A DNA stretch of 64,000 nt from a virus (lineage: Duplodnaviria; Caudoviricetes). Both the position numbers and the translations under genes were made by a program. The stretch lies in the IMG/VR virus record IMGVR_UViG_3300011858_000030, positions 1-64,000 of that record, one strand, 5' to 3'. Under the pieces are notes generated by a model. It saw only the letters and a program-made list of their open reading frames with translations. It made no database searches and was not told the DNA's origin. Positions 19,119-28,412 of the stretch are shown one piece after another (position 1 is the first letter of the stretch; each line of letters begins with the position of its first letter).

Positions 19119-20537
19119 TCAGAGCAGCAAATCAATTCGACCGGCAAAGACGTGCAGGCCATTCACAACATCCGCAGGAATGCGACCGTTCAGCTGGTTA
19201 ACATCCTGCAGATCGCGCTCAACAATAAGACCGTCTTTGTTGGCATCCACCTCCTCGACAATCTCCAGCTCCTCCAGCTTGTAAAGCACATCAAGCAGTT
19301 CGCTTCGCACCTTCGGCGGCGTCCTTGAGCTGAGCTTGTCGCGCGGGAATCGCAGAGCGATGCGTTCACGGCAGGCCTTGCGCACGTAGTCCAGCGTTCG
19401 GATGGTGGTGATATCCAGCAGCGCCACATCATCCACGCCCTGGGCGTTTTTGGTGTAGGTGCTGATAGCGCGAACGATCTGCACTTTGTCACCGGGGCCA
19501 ATCTCAAACGGCGTAAGACCATTACGCAGGGCGTTCTCCTGCTCGGTTCGCCCTGGCTGACTCTCTACTGCAGTCACGTCCAGCGTGCTCATCGCAAGGG
19601 TGTTCAGCGGGCGGGCCGGGTCCTCTTCACTGGCGATAACAGCAGCATAGGCAGCGGCAATCTGCGCCGGGGTTTTTACCGAGCCACTATGCCAGCCCAG
19701 CGTGATACGCCCGTCATTCAGTGAGGCTGCCAGTGCAATGCCGGTGGAAAGCGACTTGCGCCAGCCACCCACGCCGATGGCACCGCGCTGCTCCATCGCA
19801 TTGCTGACGTTTGTCAGATGGTTACGCAGTGCCGTCATCGCCTCCTGGGTGGAGAACGGGCAAACAACAATGTTATGACCTGCTGAGAACGCCGCTGCCA
19901 GCGCTGGCGTAATATCCGGATCAACATTGCCGCCTGCAAGAGTGGTCGCCGCTGCTGTGATACCCGCTGCCGTCACGGCGGAAGAGACAATAATGTCGTT
20001 ACCAACCGCCCCTTTATGGCGGCAGGTCAGGGTCACTTCCCCCGCGTTTGCCGTCGCTGTCACTGGCAACCCGTCTTTCTGGGTAATCAGTTCCGTCAAC
20101 GCTGCCGCAATGGTCTCTGCCGTATCTGCTGCCGAAATACCGACATCAATACGGGTGCCATTAATGGTCACGCTCAGCTTCCCGCTGGAAGATGCTGTGC
20201 CGGTCAGGGTGACTTTGCCCGTCGCGGCTGTTGCAGTGGCCGCATCGCTGACCCCGACGATCTGCAGTTGCAGATAGGGGTAGGCACCGATGGCCGCCGT
20301 GGCCATCAGATGCGCCAGTGAGCCACGGCCAAAGTACGTCGCAGCCTCTTCATCAGAGAAAACAGACTGAATGACAAGCGGTGCAGACGAACCGGAGGCC
20401 AGCATTGGTGCAATCATCAGCACCTTCTGGGTGTTACCCGGCAGGGTACGAACGGCCAGGCGGGTGTTGAACTCAATATACTGACCTGGCTTGCGGTTCG
20501 TACCGATAGTGTCAAAACTGATATTAGGACTGCTCAC
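19119..20537 (-). CDS. Contractile tail sheath (Mu L)
   Basis: RKPGQYIEFN, FGRGSLAH, NGLTPF, ITTIRTLDYVR, FPRDKL motifs. Confidence 0.93.
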   Translation of the reverse strand: MSSPNISFDTIGTNRKPGQYIEFNTRLAVRTLPGNTQKVLMIAPMLASGSSAPLVIQSVFSDEEAATYFGRGSLAHLMATAAIGAYPYLQLQIVGVSDAATATAATGKVTLTGTASSSGKLSVTINGTRIDVGISAADTAETIAAALTELITQKDGLPVTATANAGEVTLTCRHKGAVGNDIIVSSAVTAAGITAAATTLAGGNVDPDITPALAAAFSAGHNIVVCPFSTQEAMTALRNHLTNVSNAMEQRGAIGVGGWRKSLSTGIALAASLNDGRITLGWHSGSVKTPAQIAAAYAAVIASEEDPARPLNTLAMSTLDVTAVESQPGRTEQENALRNGLTPFEIGPGDKVQIVRAISTYTKNAQGVDDVALLDITTIRTLDYVRKACRERIALRFPRDKLSSRTPPKVRSELLDVLYKLEELEIVEEVDANKDGLIVERDLQDVNQLNGRIPADVVNGLHVFAGRIDLLL

Positions 20538-20745
20538 CGTTCACCTCCGTGCTGACTGCGTTATTTTTGTTTTTGGTGTTCTTGTCACTGTCCGTGACAA
20601 TAATCAGATCACCGGCCATTACCTGACGCTGGTAATAAGCGGTGTTCTCCACCTCAAGGGGTTCCGCATCGGTGATGTAGCGGCGCGCATTATCCTCGCG
20701 CGGCACGCTCAACCCACTGGCGGCTTTTACTTTAATTTTGCTCAT
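20524..20745 (-). CDS. Mu gp38 / DUF2635-like small protein
   Basis: GLSVPRED..YYQRQVMAGDL; start at ATG 20745. Confidence 0.75.
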   Translation of the reverse strand: MSKIKVKAASGLSVPREDNARRYITDAEPLEVENTAYYQRQVMAGDLIIVTDSDKNTKNKNNAVSTEVNGEQS

Positions 20746-21391
20746 GACTGATAATGTCCTCTGCTGCATTGTCTTTATCAGGCTGCTTAAGATCGTAACT
20801 GAGTCGGGTTTTCAGCCATGCCGGGTCATCGTCGGTGGTGGCACCGCCATAAATCTGGAACATATGATCAACATGGCCTTCCGGCGCATCCGTAAGCGGG
20901 TAACGCCCGTTCTCCAGCGCTGACTCAATCCATTTCGTGTCGAACTCGCAGGCAAAAACGGAAAATGCCTGAGTCTCTATCTGGGTGTTGAAGAGCGTGC
21001 GCACGCGACCGGGGCTGAGCGGGTCAATTTTAATACCCGTATCCGCCATATCCTGACCGGACAGCAGACGACGAACGGCAGCAACAAGAATGTACGTACC
21101 GACCTCCTGTACGTGCGGCCCACCCATACGGGCCGCTTCTTCACTGCGCAGGCTGCGCTCGCCTACCACCACGACAAAGCGACCGTGCGTGACAAACCGT
21201 TGCCGTGCTGTGCTGTATGGCTCGGTTTTTTGGACCCCGCCAAACGTCACCCAGACGGCAGGCAGCTGGCGCAGTACCTCCGCAGGCTCGCCGTCCAGCT
21301 CGCCGCCGTAGGAGCGCACGTTCTTAGCCATACGGCCCATACCTTTGCGAAGCCGCTCCACGATGGCTTTTTCAATATCCGTAATCACCAT
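20732..21391 (-). CDS. Tail terminator (Mu gp37 / DUF1834-like)
   Basis: SYGGELD..LPAVWVTFGG motif; synteny. Confidence 0.8.
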   Translation of the reverse strand: MVITDIEKAIVERLRKGMGRMAKNVRSYGGELDGEPAEVLRQLPAVWVTFGGVQKTEPYSTARQRFVTHGRFVVVVGERSLRSEEAARMGGPHVQEVGTYILVAAVRRLLSGQDMADTGIKIDPLSPGRVRTLFNTQIETQAFSVFACEFDTKWIESALENGRYPLTDAPEGHVDHMFQIYGGATTDDDPAWLKTRLSYDLKQPDKDNAAEDIISHEQN

Positions 21392-21819
21392 CAGAAACTT
21401 CCTCCGCCAGTCTGGTCACGCCCGAAGACGCGACCACCTGACACCATCCGCGCACCGGTTCCGCTTTTCACCACTTCACCCGTCGTCGTGCGGCCCAGAT
21501 TGATTCGCCCGGACGCAACTTTTTCCAGGTAGCGAACGGTGTCTTCATACCGTTCGCGAATTTCAGCTGTCATCTGGGTCTCAGAGCCGCACAGAAGATA
21601 GCGGGCGATGTTGCAGCAGCGACCGACGAGAACACGGGGCTCATCTGCCCAGGGCACCGGATAGCGACCGCAGAGATAACCGTCGATTTCAGCGCTGGCC
21701 TGAACGAGTGCGCCGTTCAGCACATCATCGTCAATCTGCCCGGTGTAGTTGCGGTCGGTTAGCGACACGCACTCGCGCTCACCAAACGCCCTGACCATGT
21801 CCTCCCGGTTCGCGTACAT
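21391..21819 (-). CDS. Head-tail adaptor (Mu gp36 / DUF1320-like)
   Basis: ASAEIDGYLCGRYPVP, ERYEDTVRYLEKVASG. Confidence 0.85.
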   Translation of the reverse strand: MYANREDMVRAFGERECVSLTDRNYTGQIDDDVLNGALVQASAEIDGYLCGRYPVPWADEPRVLVGRCCNIARYLLCGSETQMTAEIRERYEDTVRYLEKVASGRINLGRTTTGEVVKSGTGARMVSGGRVFGRDQTGGGSF

Positions 21820-21822
21820 GGC

Positions 21823-22230
21823 TTACCCCTTGGCCTTTTTGTCCGTGTTTTCCGAACCGGCCTGCAGCGCATCAAGCTTCTGACTCAGTGCATCACGTAC
21901 TGTCTCCAGCTCAGTGATGGTGCCGTTTGCACTGGCAAGCTGCTGCTTAAGCGCATCGCCATCCTGGTTGAGCTGCAGAACCGTCGCCTCCAGCTCGCTG
22001 ACGCGCGTTTTGAGGCCGTCACGCTCGGCGGTCAGGGCGGATACAGCATCCCCGTCTCCAGACTTTTCAGGCACATCCTGCAAACGGACCACAATCAGAT
22101 TGGGATCGTTTTCCAGAATCTGGAGTTCGCCGTCGCTGAAATGGTCATCCGGCCAGGTGACGGTATTCGCGCTGTGGGCGATGCCGAGACGGCGAAAGCC
22201 ATCACGGCGGGCAGTGATTTGGATCGGCAT
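21823..22230 (-). CDS. Mu gp35-like protein with coiled coil
   Basis: GFRRLGIAHS..LENDPNLIV N-terminus; heptad repeats. Confidence 0.7.
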   Translation of the reverse strand: MPIQITARRDGFRRLGIAHSANTVTWPDDHFSDGELQILENDPNLIVVRLQDVPEKSGDGDAVSALTAERDGLKTRVSELEATVLQLNQDGDALKQQLASANGTITELETVRDALSQKLDALQAGSENTDKKAKG

Positions 22231-23138
22231 TATGCTTCCTCCCCGGTAGAGCCATACGCCATCTGCCAGAAGCCGTAGCCACCATTTGCACGTGCTTCAG
22301 CACCGAAGATGAACTTCTTGCGCATAAAGACGTTGTCAGCGTTGTAGTCGGTCTGCTCGACAAAGACCGGTTTTTTACGCTCCTGGTAAATCAGGGGCTT
22401 CACGGGTTTTGACGTGTCCAGAAGGAACCAGGCGGTATCTGACGTCAGCTCCGGCACAACCAGAACCTCCGCCGTCCCCTTGTAAGGGTTTGGCGTATTG
22501 TCCGGGAAGCGGTCAGCCGTCATCAGGTAGTTGGCATCGTCTTCGAGAGCCGGAGGCACAACCAGGATGGTCGGGCGAATTTTCAGGGACGCGCCTTCAT
22601 CATCCTTCAGGCTGCGCATGGCGGTTCGTGCAGCGCCGTAACTTGCTTTTGCGGCGGCAAGCGAGGTGACGGCAAGCTTTTTCGTGCCTTTGTTAGAGAC
22701 CGACTTGCCCCCCGAAAGGTGGTCAGTATCAAAGAAGGGCTGACCGTCGTAGCAAAGATTGGTGAAACCTTTGCTCAGGAGCGCGAAGACGATATCGGCA
22801 GGCAGTTCGGCAGCGGACTGGCCCGCACCTTTCGCCTGCAGGGCATAGCCCATGATCTGATCGTCTTCGATATCGTTACGCTCAACTTCTACCGTCGCTT
22901 CCCAGTCTTTGTTGCGGATGGTGTAGTTGAACGCGGCGAGCGCTTTCACCACCTTGTCACCAATCCACTCACGCATTTTCGGGAAACGGCTCAGCCAGCT
23001 GTAATCGTTTTCTTTCCCGGTTGACGGCACCACCATGGCAATCTTCTGCCAGTCGGACGGAGCCTGATCAAAGGCGTTCTGGAAGGTCGCTTTCAGATTA
23101 ATGAAAATCTGACGCACATTTTTTACGTTAATTAACAC
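22230..23138 (-). CDS. Major capsid protein (Mu T)
   Basis: YSWLSRFPKMREWIGD, CYDGQPFFDTDH, PLIYQERK. Confidence 0.92.
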   Translation of the reverse strand: MLINVKNVRQIFINLKATFQNAFDQAPSDWQKIAMVVPSTGKENDYSWLSRFPKMREWIGDKVVKALAAFNYTIRNKDWEATVEVERNDIEDDQIMGYALQAKGAGQSAAELPADIVFALLSKGFTNLCYDGQPFFDTDHLSGGKSVSNKGTKKLAVTSLAAAKASYGAARTAMRSLKDDEGASLKIRPTILVVPPALEDDANYLMTADRFPDNTPNPYKGTAEVLVVPELTSDTAWFLLDTSKPVKPLIYQERKKPVFVEQTDYNADNVFMRKKFIFGAEARANGGYGFWQMAYGSTGEEA

Positions 23139-23151
23139 GGTTCTCTCCTTA

Positions 23152-23544
23152 TTAAATCAGAACCCAGACGCCATCATTCTCAAGACCCAGCACCTTTCCG
23201 GCGATCGGACGCGCGTTGGTATCACTGGTTTTGGCCACGGTCTGGCTGTCCACCACGTAGCAATCCTTGCCAGTCTGCGCCAGCGTGACCGGGTCAGCAG
23301 TGCTGTTGGCAAGGAACCAGGCTTTACCGCGACGAACCAGCACGCTCGCATCACCGGCTGCACCGGCAGTGTTATCCACCCAGCCATCACAGATGCCGAG
23401 GGTGGTATTGGCTGCAGTGGCGCTGCCTGGTACAGCAAAGCCCGCTGCGTTGGCCGCAATAATGTGGCCGCCAAAGAGTTCTGTGGCTGCCGCAACCGGG
23501 ACGGCAAACAGCTGGCCGTCGCGATAAGGGGTATGACGATCCAT
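23152..23544 (-). CDS. Capsid cement/decoration protein
   Basis: Small Ala/Gly-rich protein between protease and capsid genes; CYVVDSQTV. Confidence 0.65.
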   Translation of the reverse strand: MDRHTPYRDGQLFAVPVAAATELFGGHIIAANAAGFAVPGSATAANTTLGICDGWVDNTAGAAGDASVLVRRGKAWFLANSTADPVTLAQTGKDCYVVDSQTVAKTSDTNARPIAGKVLGLENDGVWVLI

Positions 23545-23555
23545 TTCGCTCTCCT

Positions 23556-24671
23556 TTATTTGAGGTATTTCGCGACACTTTCCGGGTCATTGCCCATCAT
23601 TGAGCAGATGGCCGGGTCAATCGCATCATCTTCAGCACCCTGTGACGGGCGTGACGGAAGGCCAGCAGGCGGTTGCCCCTGCGTCTGACTGGTAGTCAAT
23701 GCGGCAATCTTTGGCGCTTTTTCGATAAAGGCGGTAAGACTGGCCGGATCGGATTTCGCCAGTGATGCAGCCCATTCCTGCTGTGCCGGAAGCAGACGAC
23801 CGTCGCCGAGGGCAACCGTAATCAGCGCTTCAGCCTGCTGAGTGGCGAGTGCGGCGGTATTTCCCGCACCGGCACGCTCTGTCGCCTGCTGAACGGCTGA
23901 ATGCATGACCTCCACTGAAACCCACTTAGCCGGGTCAGGCGTGTCGAGTTTCGCCGTCAGGTCGGCGATGTTCTGCGCGTTCTGGTTCAGGATATCCAGC
24001 AGACTGACCGACGCCGCTGCAGTCCCCTGGCCACCGGAAATCATGGTGATGATTTTTTGCAGCTCAGCCATGATCTCTTCTTTCGTTGAGGCGGTTGGCA
24101 GATTGAGCATCCAGCGCAGGTTGCTCAGTAGCTCGTTGAGAAATTCTTCATCCATTTCGGTCTGACCCTCTGTGGTTAAATGCGCGGCCATCAGGGAGGC
24201 GGCAGCAAGTAACACTTCCTCCATCCCGTCGACCGCTGGTGTATTGGTCAGAGCGGCGTTGAGCAACTCCATCACCTGACCGGTTTTGTCGTAAGAAAAT
24301 ACGGGGGAAATAAAGCGATACTCCTTCGCCTCGACCATCGCAGCCGCAGCGGCTGTCCACTCGACATCGATGGCGAACAAACCTTCACCGTCCCGCCACT
24401 CCAGCTTTTTGAAGAATGCAGCTGCAGGCGCAGGCAGACCGTTTTTAGCGGCCCGAAGGGTCTGGTGTTCGTAGTCCAGGACGTAAGGGGTATCGCGGGC
24501 ATCAGCTGCGGCAATAAGGCGCTCTGCAATTTCCCGCGTCATCAGCCAGGCGGCGCATTCGGTCGGGCGACCATCTCGGGCGCGGAATTCACCAGCCGGA
24601 AAGAGCTGAATGACACCGGGGGTAGCGGTGTTTATTTCCTGGGTGAGTGAAGCGATGAGTGTCTTTTTCAT
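23556..24671 (-). CDS. Prohead protease / scaffold (Mu I)
   Basis: LDYEHQTL, YRFISPVF, AALTNTPA motifs. Confidence 0.9.
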   Translation of the reverse strand: MKKTLIASLTQEINTATPGVIQLFPAGEFRARDGRPTECAAWLMTREIAERLIAAADARDTPYVLDYEHQTLRAAKNGLPAPAAAFFKKLEWRDGEGLFAIDVEWTAAAAAMVEAKEYRFISPVFSYDKTGQVMELLNAALTNTPAVDGMEEVLLAAASLMAAHLTTEGQTEMDEEFLNELLSNLRWMLNLPTASTKEEIMAELQKIITMISGGQGTAAASVSLLDILNQNAQNIADLTAKLDTPDPAKWVSVEVMHSAVQQATERAGAGNTAALATQQAEALITVALGDGRLLPAQQEWAASLAKSDPASLTAFIEKAPKIAALTTSQTQGQPPAGLPSRPSQGAEDDAIDPAICSMMGNDPESVAKYLK

Positions 24672-24709
24672 GGTGCCGACGATACGGCACCACTGCGGGG
24701 GGGTTCAGA

Positions 24710-24725
24710 TGAAGGGGTTCAGTGG
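24710..24725 (-). promoter_or_regulatory. Late-promoter activator motif, copy 2 (PI equivalent)
   Basis: Exact 16-mer TGAAGGGGTTCAGTGG upstream of the protease gene. Confidence 0.75.
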
Positions 24726-24726
24726 A

Positions 24727-24936
24727 TTAACGCTGAGGATCGTTTTCTTTGGTTGTCGGCTTATCGGGTTTAGCAGACTGACGCTTCTGATGCCTGCGGG
24801 AAAAGTATCGGTCAGTGAACCACTCAGCAACCTTTATAACCAGGCCCCCAAAGATGCCAATGAAAACCCACTGCTGCGGGGTGAAATAATCAAGGAAAGC
24901 TTTGAATGTGTCCAGTTGCTCGCTCCCGTAATGCAT
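24727..24936 (-). CDS. Small single-TM hypothetical protein
   Basis: 69 aa with hydrophobic WVFIGIFGGLVIKVAEW and basic tail; fills the G-I gap. Confidence 0.55.
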   Translation of the reverse strand: MHYGSEQLDTFKAFLDYFTPQQWVFIGIFGGLVIKVAEWFTDRYFSRRHQKRQSAKPDKPTTKENDPQR

Positions 24937-25052
24937 TTATGAGCCCAGACCTTTTTAAACCGCTTTTAAAAACGTCTGAACACCTCTTTGGCGAATCACT
25001 CTAGCACAATCAGACTGAACGCGTCACAGCGCGTTACAGGACGAATTTGCCC

Positions 25053-25595
25053 TCAGTCTAAAATACGTTTCAGATACTGCTCAGCCGTATTCTCCATCTT
25101 CTCCACGTCATCTTCGGTGAGATGCAGGAAAGGACGCGCGGGCATCTTAATTTTATACGCCCCGATAGTGTTCCACTGCTCAAAGTTGGAGCGGGATTTT
25201 TTAACGAACCGGTTACCCACTGAACCATCCTTGTTCTGGCGGTAGTAGGCTTTCTGGCTGCGGGCCGGAATGCTGATTTCCCCGCCCTCCTGGTGGATGC
25301 GGGCGTATTTCACATTGGTCCCGACCGTCGCCTCATCATTCGTGCTGTACTGGGTGATACTTGCCGCCAGTCGACCGCTCTTCTGGAGAATTTTACCGCC
25401 CCGGCGCTGACGGGCGTATGCCGGGCTCCAGCCCATCCACGCCGGTCGACCCTGTTGCGCGAAGTTTTCTTCGACGGCATCGCCCATGGCAGCGGCCATC
25501 TCGCGCATCAGGGGAGCGCGGTTTTCCAGCTTTTTAATGAGTTCACCGAGTGAGCGCTCAAAGTCACCAATGTCATACCTGATGGCGTAGCTCAT
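25053..25595 (-). CDS. Virion morphogenesis protein (Mu G)
   Basis: ILQKSGRLAASI, VGTNVKYARIHQEGG, MPARPFL. Confidence 0.88.
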   Translation of the reverse strand: MSYAIRYDIGDFERSLGELIKKLENRAPLMREMAAAMGDAVEENFAQQGRPAWMGWSPAYARQRRGGKILQKSGRLAASITQYSTNDEATVGTNVKYARIHQEGGEISIPARSQKAYYRQNKDGSVGNRFVKKSRSNFEQWNTIGAYKIKMPARPFLHLTEDDVEKMENTAEQYLKRILD

Positions 25596-26851
25596 GATTT
25601 CAGCTCCAGCAGCTGCGCCGCGCGTTCAGACAACACATCACCAGGTGTGACGGTGGCACCGGCGTTCATCAGCGACAGACGCCAGCCATCGTCAGACTGC
25701 ACACCACGTACCGCGCGGATGCCGTTCTGCCCGGAGAGGAGCCACACCAGAGCATCATCATCAAGCCAGACACCAGCTGGCTGACGGAGCAGAACGGGAA
25801 GCTCTGACCACATCGGGCCTGGAGCCAGCCGGACATCCTCTTCATGAATGCTTAATGTGATCGCACCGTTAACCCCACGCTCTTCGAGGCGATTCAGCAG
25901 CTCAGGCTGGATACCGCCAACGCGCCTCAGGTCGCCACGGGTCTTCTGCCGCACGCTGACGGTGTCGACCCAGCGACGCACATCATCGCTGACGGCATCC
26001 AGCACAGCAGGTTCAGACAGTGTTTCATGGATGGCCTGAGAGGCAATCCGGGGCGTGGTGGTTGCAGATTTATCCATAAGACGCTGTCCGAGAGAAGAGA
26101 GCCAGCCCTGACCTGGATTGTGCCCGAATCCGGCATCAGGCGTGTAAAGCTCGCCGTTGAAGCGTAACGCCTTAACGTCACGGGTTTCTTTTGGTCCCCA
26201 TGCCTGCTGTACCGTGACAATGTCCTGCTCCCACGATTTAACCTCAATCCCCATACGGTCTGCATCCGCCTGAGTTCTGGCACGAATGCGGCAGCGGCAG
26301 TGGTATCCGTCAGGCGGATACATGAACTGCCACACAGGATCGTCATAGCGGGCTGTGAAACCATTGAGCCTGGCGTGGAGTGGCCGGGTGTGCATGTCCA
26401 TGACGGCCACGCGTTCCCATATGGGGCGAAACTCCGCGTTGGCCATCTGCTCCGCATAGCGACCGGCACCATACGCCGCCTGCATATTGGTTTCAAAGAT
26501 GGTGCGCAGACGGCGTGGTGTGAGTTGTTTACCCTCCAGAACGCCATCTTCATCGGCGACCAGCCTGGCACGGTCGGCAAGCCAGCCCTTACGGATCAAC
26601 GTTGGGGTAATCTGCCGTTCGAAGTCCCGGAGCGTGCCGCCGTTAACAATATGCTCGCGCAGCGATTGATGAATATCCTCAAGCACATCCTGTTTAAGGA
26701 CGCCCGCCACGGTGAAACTGGTGGCGTGGGCGCGGGCTTCAACATCGTGCCAGTTAAAGCCGGTGGTGTAGCCCTTCGACTCAAAGTAGGCTATCGCTTC
26801 TTCGGGCTTTAACCCGATGGCGTACCCCAGATCAACATCAGCTTTCGGCAT
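25592..26851 (-). CDS. Minor head protein (Mu F / gp30)
   Basis: RLRTIFETN, HTRPLH, YPPDGYHCRC; start at ATG 26851. Confidence 0.88.
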   Translation of the reverse strand: MPKADVDLGYAIGLKPEEAIAYFESKGYTTGFNWHDVEARAHATSFTVAGVLKQDVLEDIHQSLREHIVNGGTLRDFERQITPTLIRKGWLADRARLVADEDGVLEGKQLTPRRLRTIFETNMQAAYGAGRYAEQMANAEFRPIWERVAVMDMHTRPLHARLNGFTARYDDPVWQFMYPPDGYHCRCRIRARTQADADRMGIEVKSWEQDIVTVQQAWGPKETRDVKALRFNGELYTPDAGFGHNPGQGWLSSLGQRLMDKSATTTPRIASQAIHETLSEPAVLDAVSDDVRRWVDTVSVRQKTRGDLRRVGGIQPELLNRLEERGVNGAITLSIHEEDVRLAPGPMWSELPVLLRQPAGVWLDDDALVWLLSGQNGIRAVRGVQSDDGWRLSLMNAGATVTPGDVLSERAAQLLELKS

Positions 26852-28412
26852 TGAGTCGCCCCCAGACCTCGCTGACAAACAGCGCCTGCTTTATCAGCTG
26901 TTGCAGCTGCGCATCATCCAGCTGTGGATAACTCGCAGCAATGATATCCAGCGCCTCATCAGGGCTTTGCCCCTTGCTCAGGGCCGAGACCAGCGGCGCA
27001 ATCAGCTTATCCATGGCCACCGCGATGCTCTCCCCTGGCGATGTGGCGCTGTCCAGCGCATCCTGAGCATGGTCAACAACCTCGCCCGTGGTGCTCAGTG
27101 CCGCGAAATGGCGGAATACCGGCGTGGTGCTCAGCCCCACCGGAGAGGGGGCTGCAGGCGGCGTAAGCACAGCTTCGTTCTCTTTTGGCACCGGAATCCC
27201 GACCTTTTTGTGTATCCATGACGTCGGGATAGTGTCCATCCCGGCGCGTACCAGCGCGGAAACACCATTGGCAAAGGTTTCAATGCTCTCCAGCTCACGG
27301 GTATCAAATACCAGGCGCGGCTGACGGCGCGGGCTGACGTTATAACCATTAATGGCCAGTAACATACGAATGAAGCCACGATAAAACCCTTCCAGCTGGC
27401 GGGCATCAGCGGTCAGCAGATCGTGGCGGACTTCGTTATGCACATTACCAAGGGCATTTGTTGAGGACTTGCCGTCCGCCTGTGACGTCAGCGTGCCGCC
27501 GAGAATGACCTTTGATTCGGTACGTTCGCACCAGTTAATCATCGCCATGAAAGGATCGGACTGCCCCTCGGCGGCATCCTTAAATTCGATTTTGGTGTTA
27601 TCAGGGATGATCCCCGAGGCGTTATGACCGATGCTGACCAGCGCCTCCATAAGTTTATCCTGTTCATCCTGGCTGGCCCCGGACATATACGACCCGATAC
27701 GCGGTGGCAGCCCGTAGATTTCCAGGAACTCAGCGAGATCGCGCACACTGTAGTTTTTAAACAGATAAGGCCAGACCAGTACGCGGTATAAGCCGGACTG
27801 CGCGATATAGCCTGACTTGGCGTTGTGCGTATGCACCAGCCAGCCAAACGGCCAGAGTTCTTCTCCCCCCAGCGTGCCGGTGTTAAGACGCACCTCATCC
27901 CCGGCTTCCGGCGTGGTACAGAACCAGCGATGCGGACGCAGTTTGATTTTGACGGGAAGCCAAAGATTGCCGTCAAGCTCCCACTTTTCAATCTCCTGAG
28001 CGGAAAAGCCATGCCCGATAGCTTCAGCCGCATTCAGGGTAATATCTTCCATCTCCTGAAGGTCCGCGAACCAGCTGGCCACCATCGCGGCGATCTGTTT
28101 TTCTTCCGCCGTCGCGTTCGGCGGTGGCTCGATGCTCCAGTCCAGAGTAAGCAACGCATTCTTGCGTTTGGCCATTTCGGAAAAAATGTGCCCGTCCCGC
28201 TCAACCATATCTTCGAAGAGGTCAGCCTGAGCAGCCAGGTCGCCGCGTTCAGCCGCTTCCAGCAGGCGAGGAAGCCGGGCAATGGTCATTCCCCGCGATG
28301 GGTGCGTTGGCCAGTCACGCTGCAGCTCGAACGTGCGGGAGGTCTGGGGGGCTTTAAGCACCTCTTTATTTAGCGGGCGACCATACTGGTCAAGAATCTG
28401 AACCATTATCAA
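26838..28412 (-). CDS. Portal protein (Mu gp29 / DUF935)
   Basis: FLEIYGLPPRIG, SKVILGGTLTS, ALGNVHNEVR. Confidence 0.92.
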   Translation of the reverse strand: MIMVQILDQYGRPLNKEVLKAPQTSRTFELQRDWPTHPSRGMTIARLPRLLEAAERGDLAAQADLFEDMVERDGHIFSEMAKRKNALLTLDWSIEPPPNATAEEKQIAAMVASWFADLQEMEDITLNAAEAIGHGFSAQEIEKWELDGNLWLPVKIKLRPHRWFCTTPEAGDEVRLNTGTLGGEELWPFGWLVHTHNAKSGYIAQSGLYRVLVWPYLFKNYSVRDLAEFLEIYGLPPRIGSYMSGASQDEQDKLMEALVSIGHNASGIIPDNTKIEFKDAAEGQSDPFMAMINWCERTESKVILGGTLTSQADGKSSTNALGNVHNEVRHDLLTADARQLEGFYRGFIRMLLAINGYNVSPRRQPRLVFDTRELESIETFANGVSALVRAGMDTIPTSWIHKKVGIPVPKENEAVLTPPAAPSPVGLSTTPVFRHFAALSTTGEVVDHAQDALDSATSPGESIAVAMDKLIAPLVSALSKGQSPDEALDIIAASYPQLDDAQLQQLIKQALFVSEVWGRLNAES

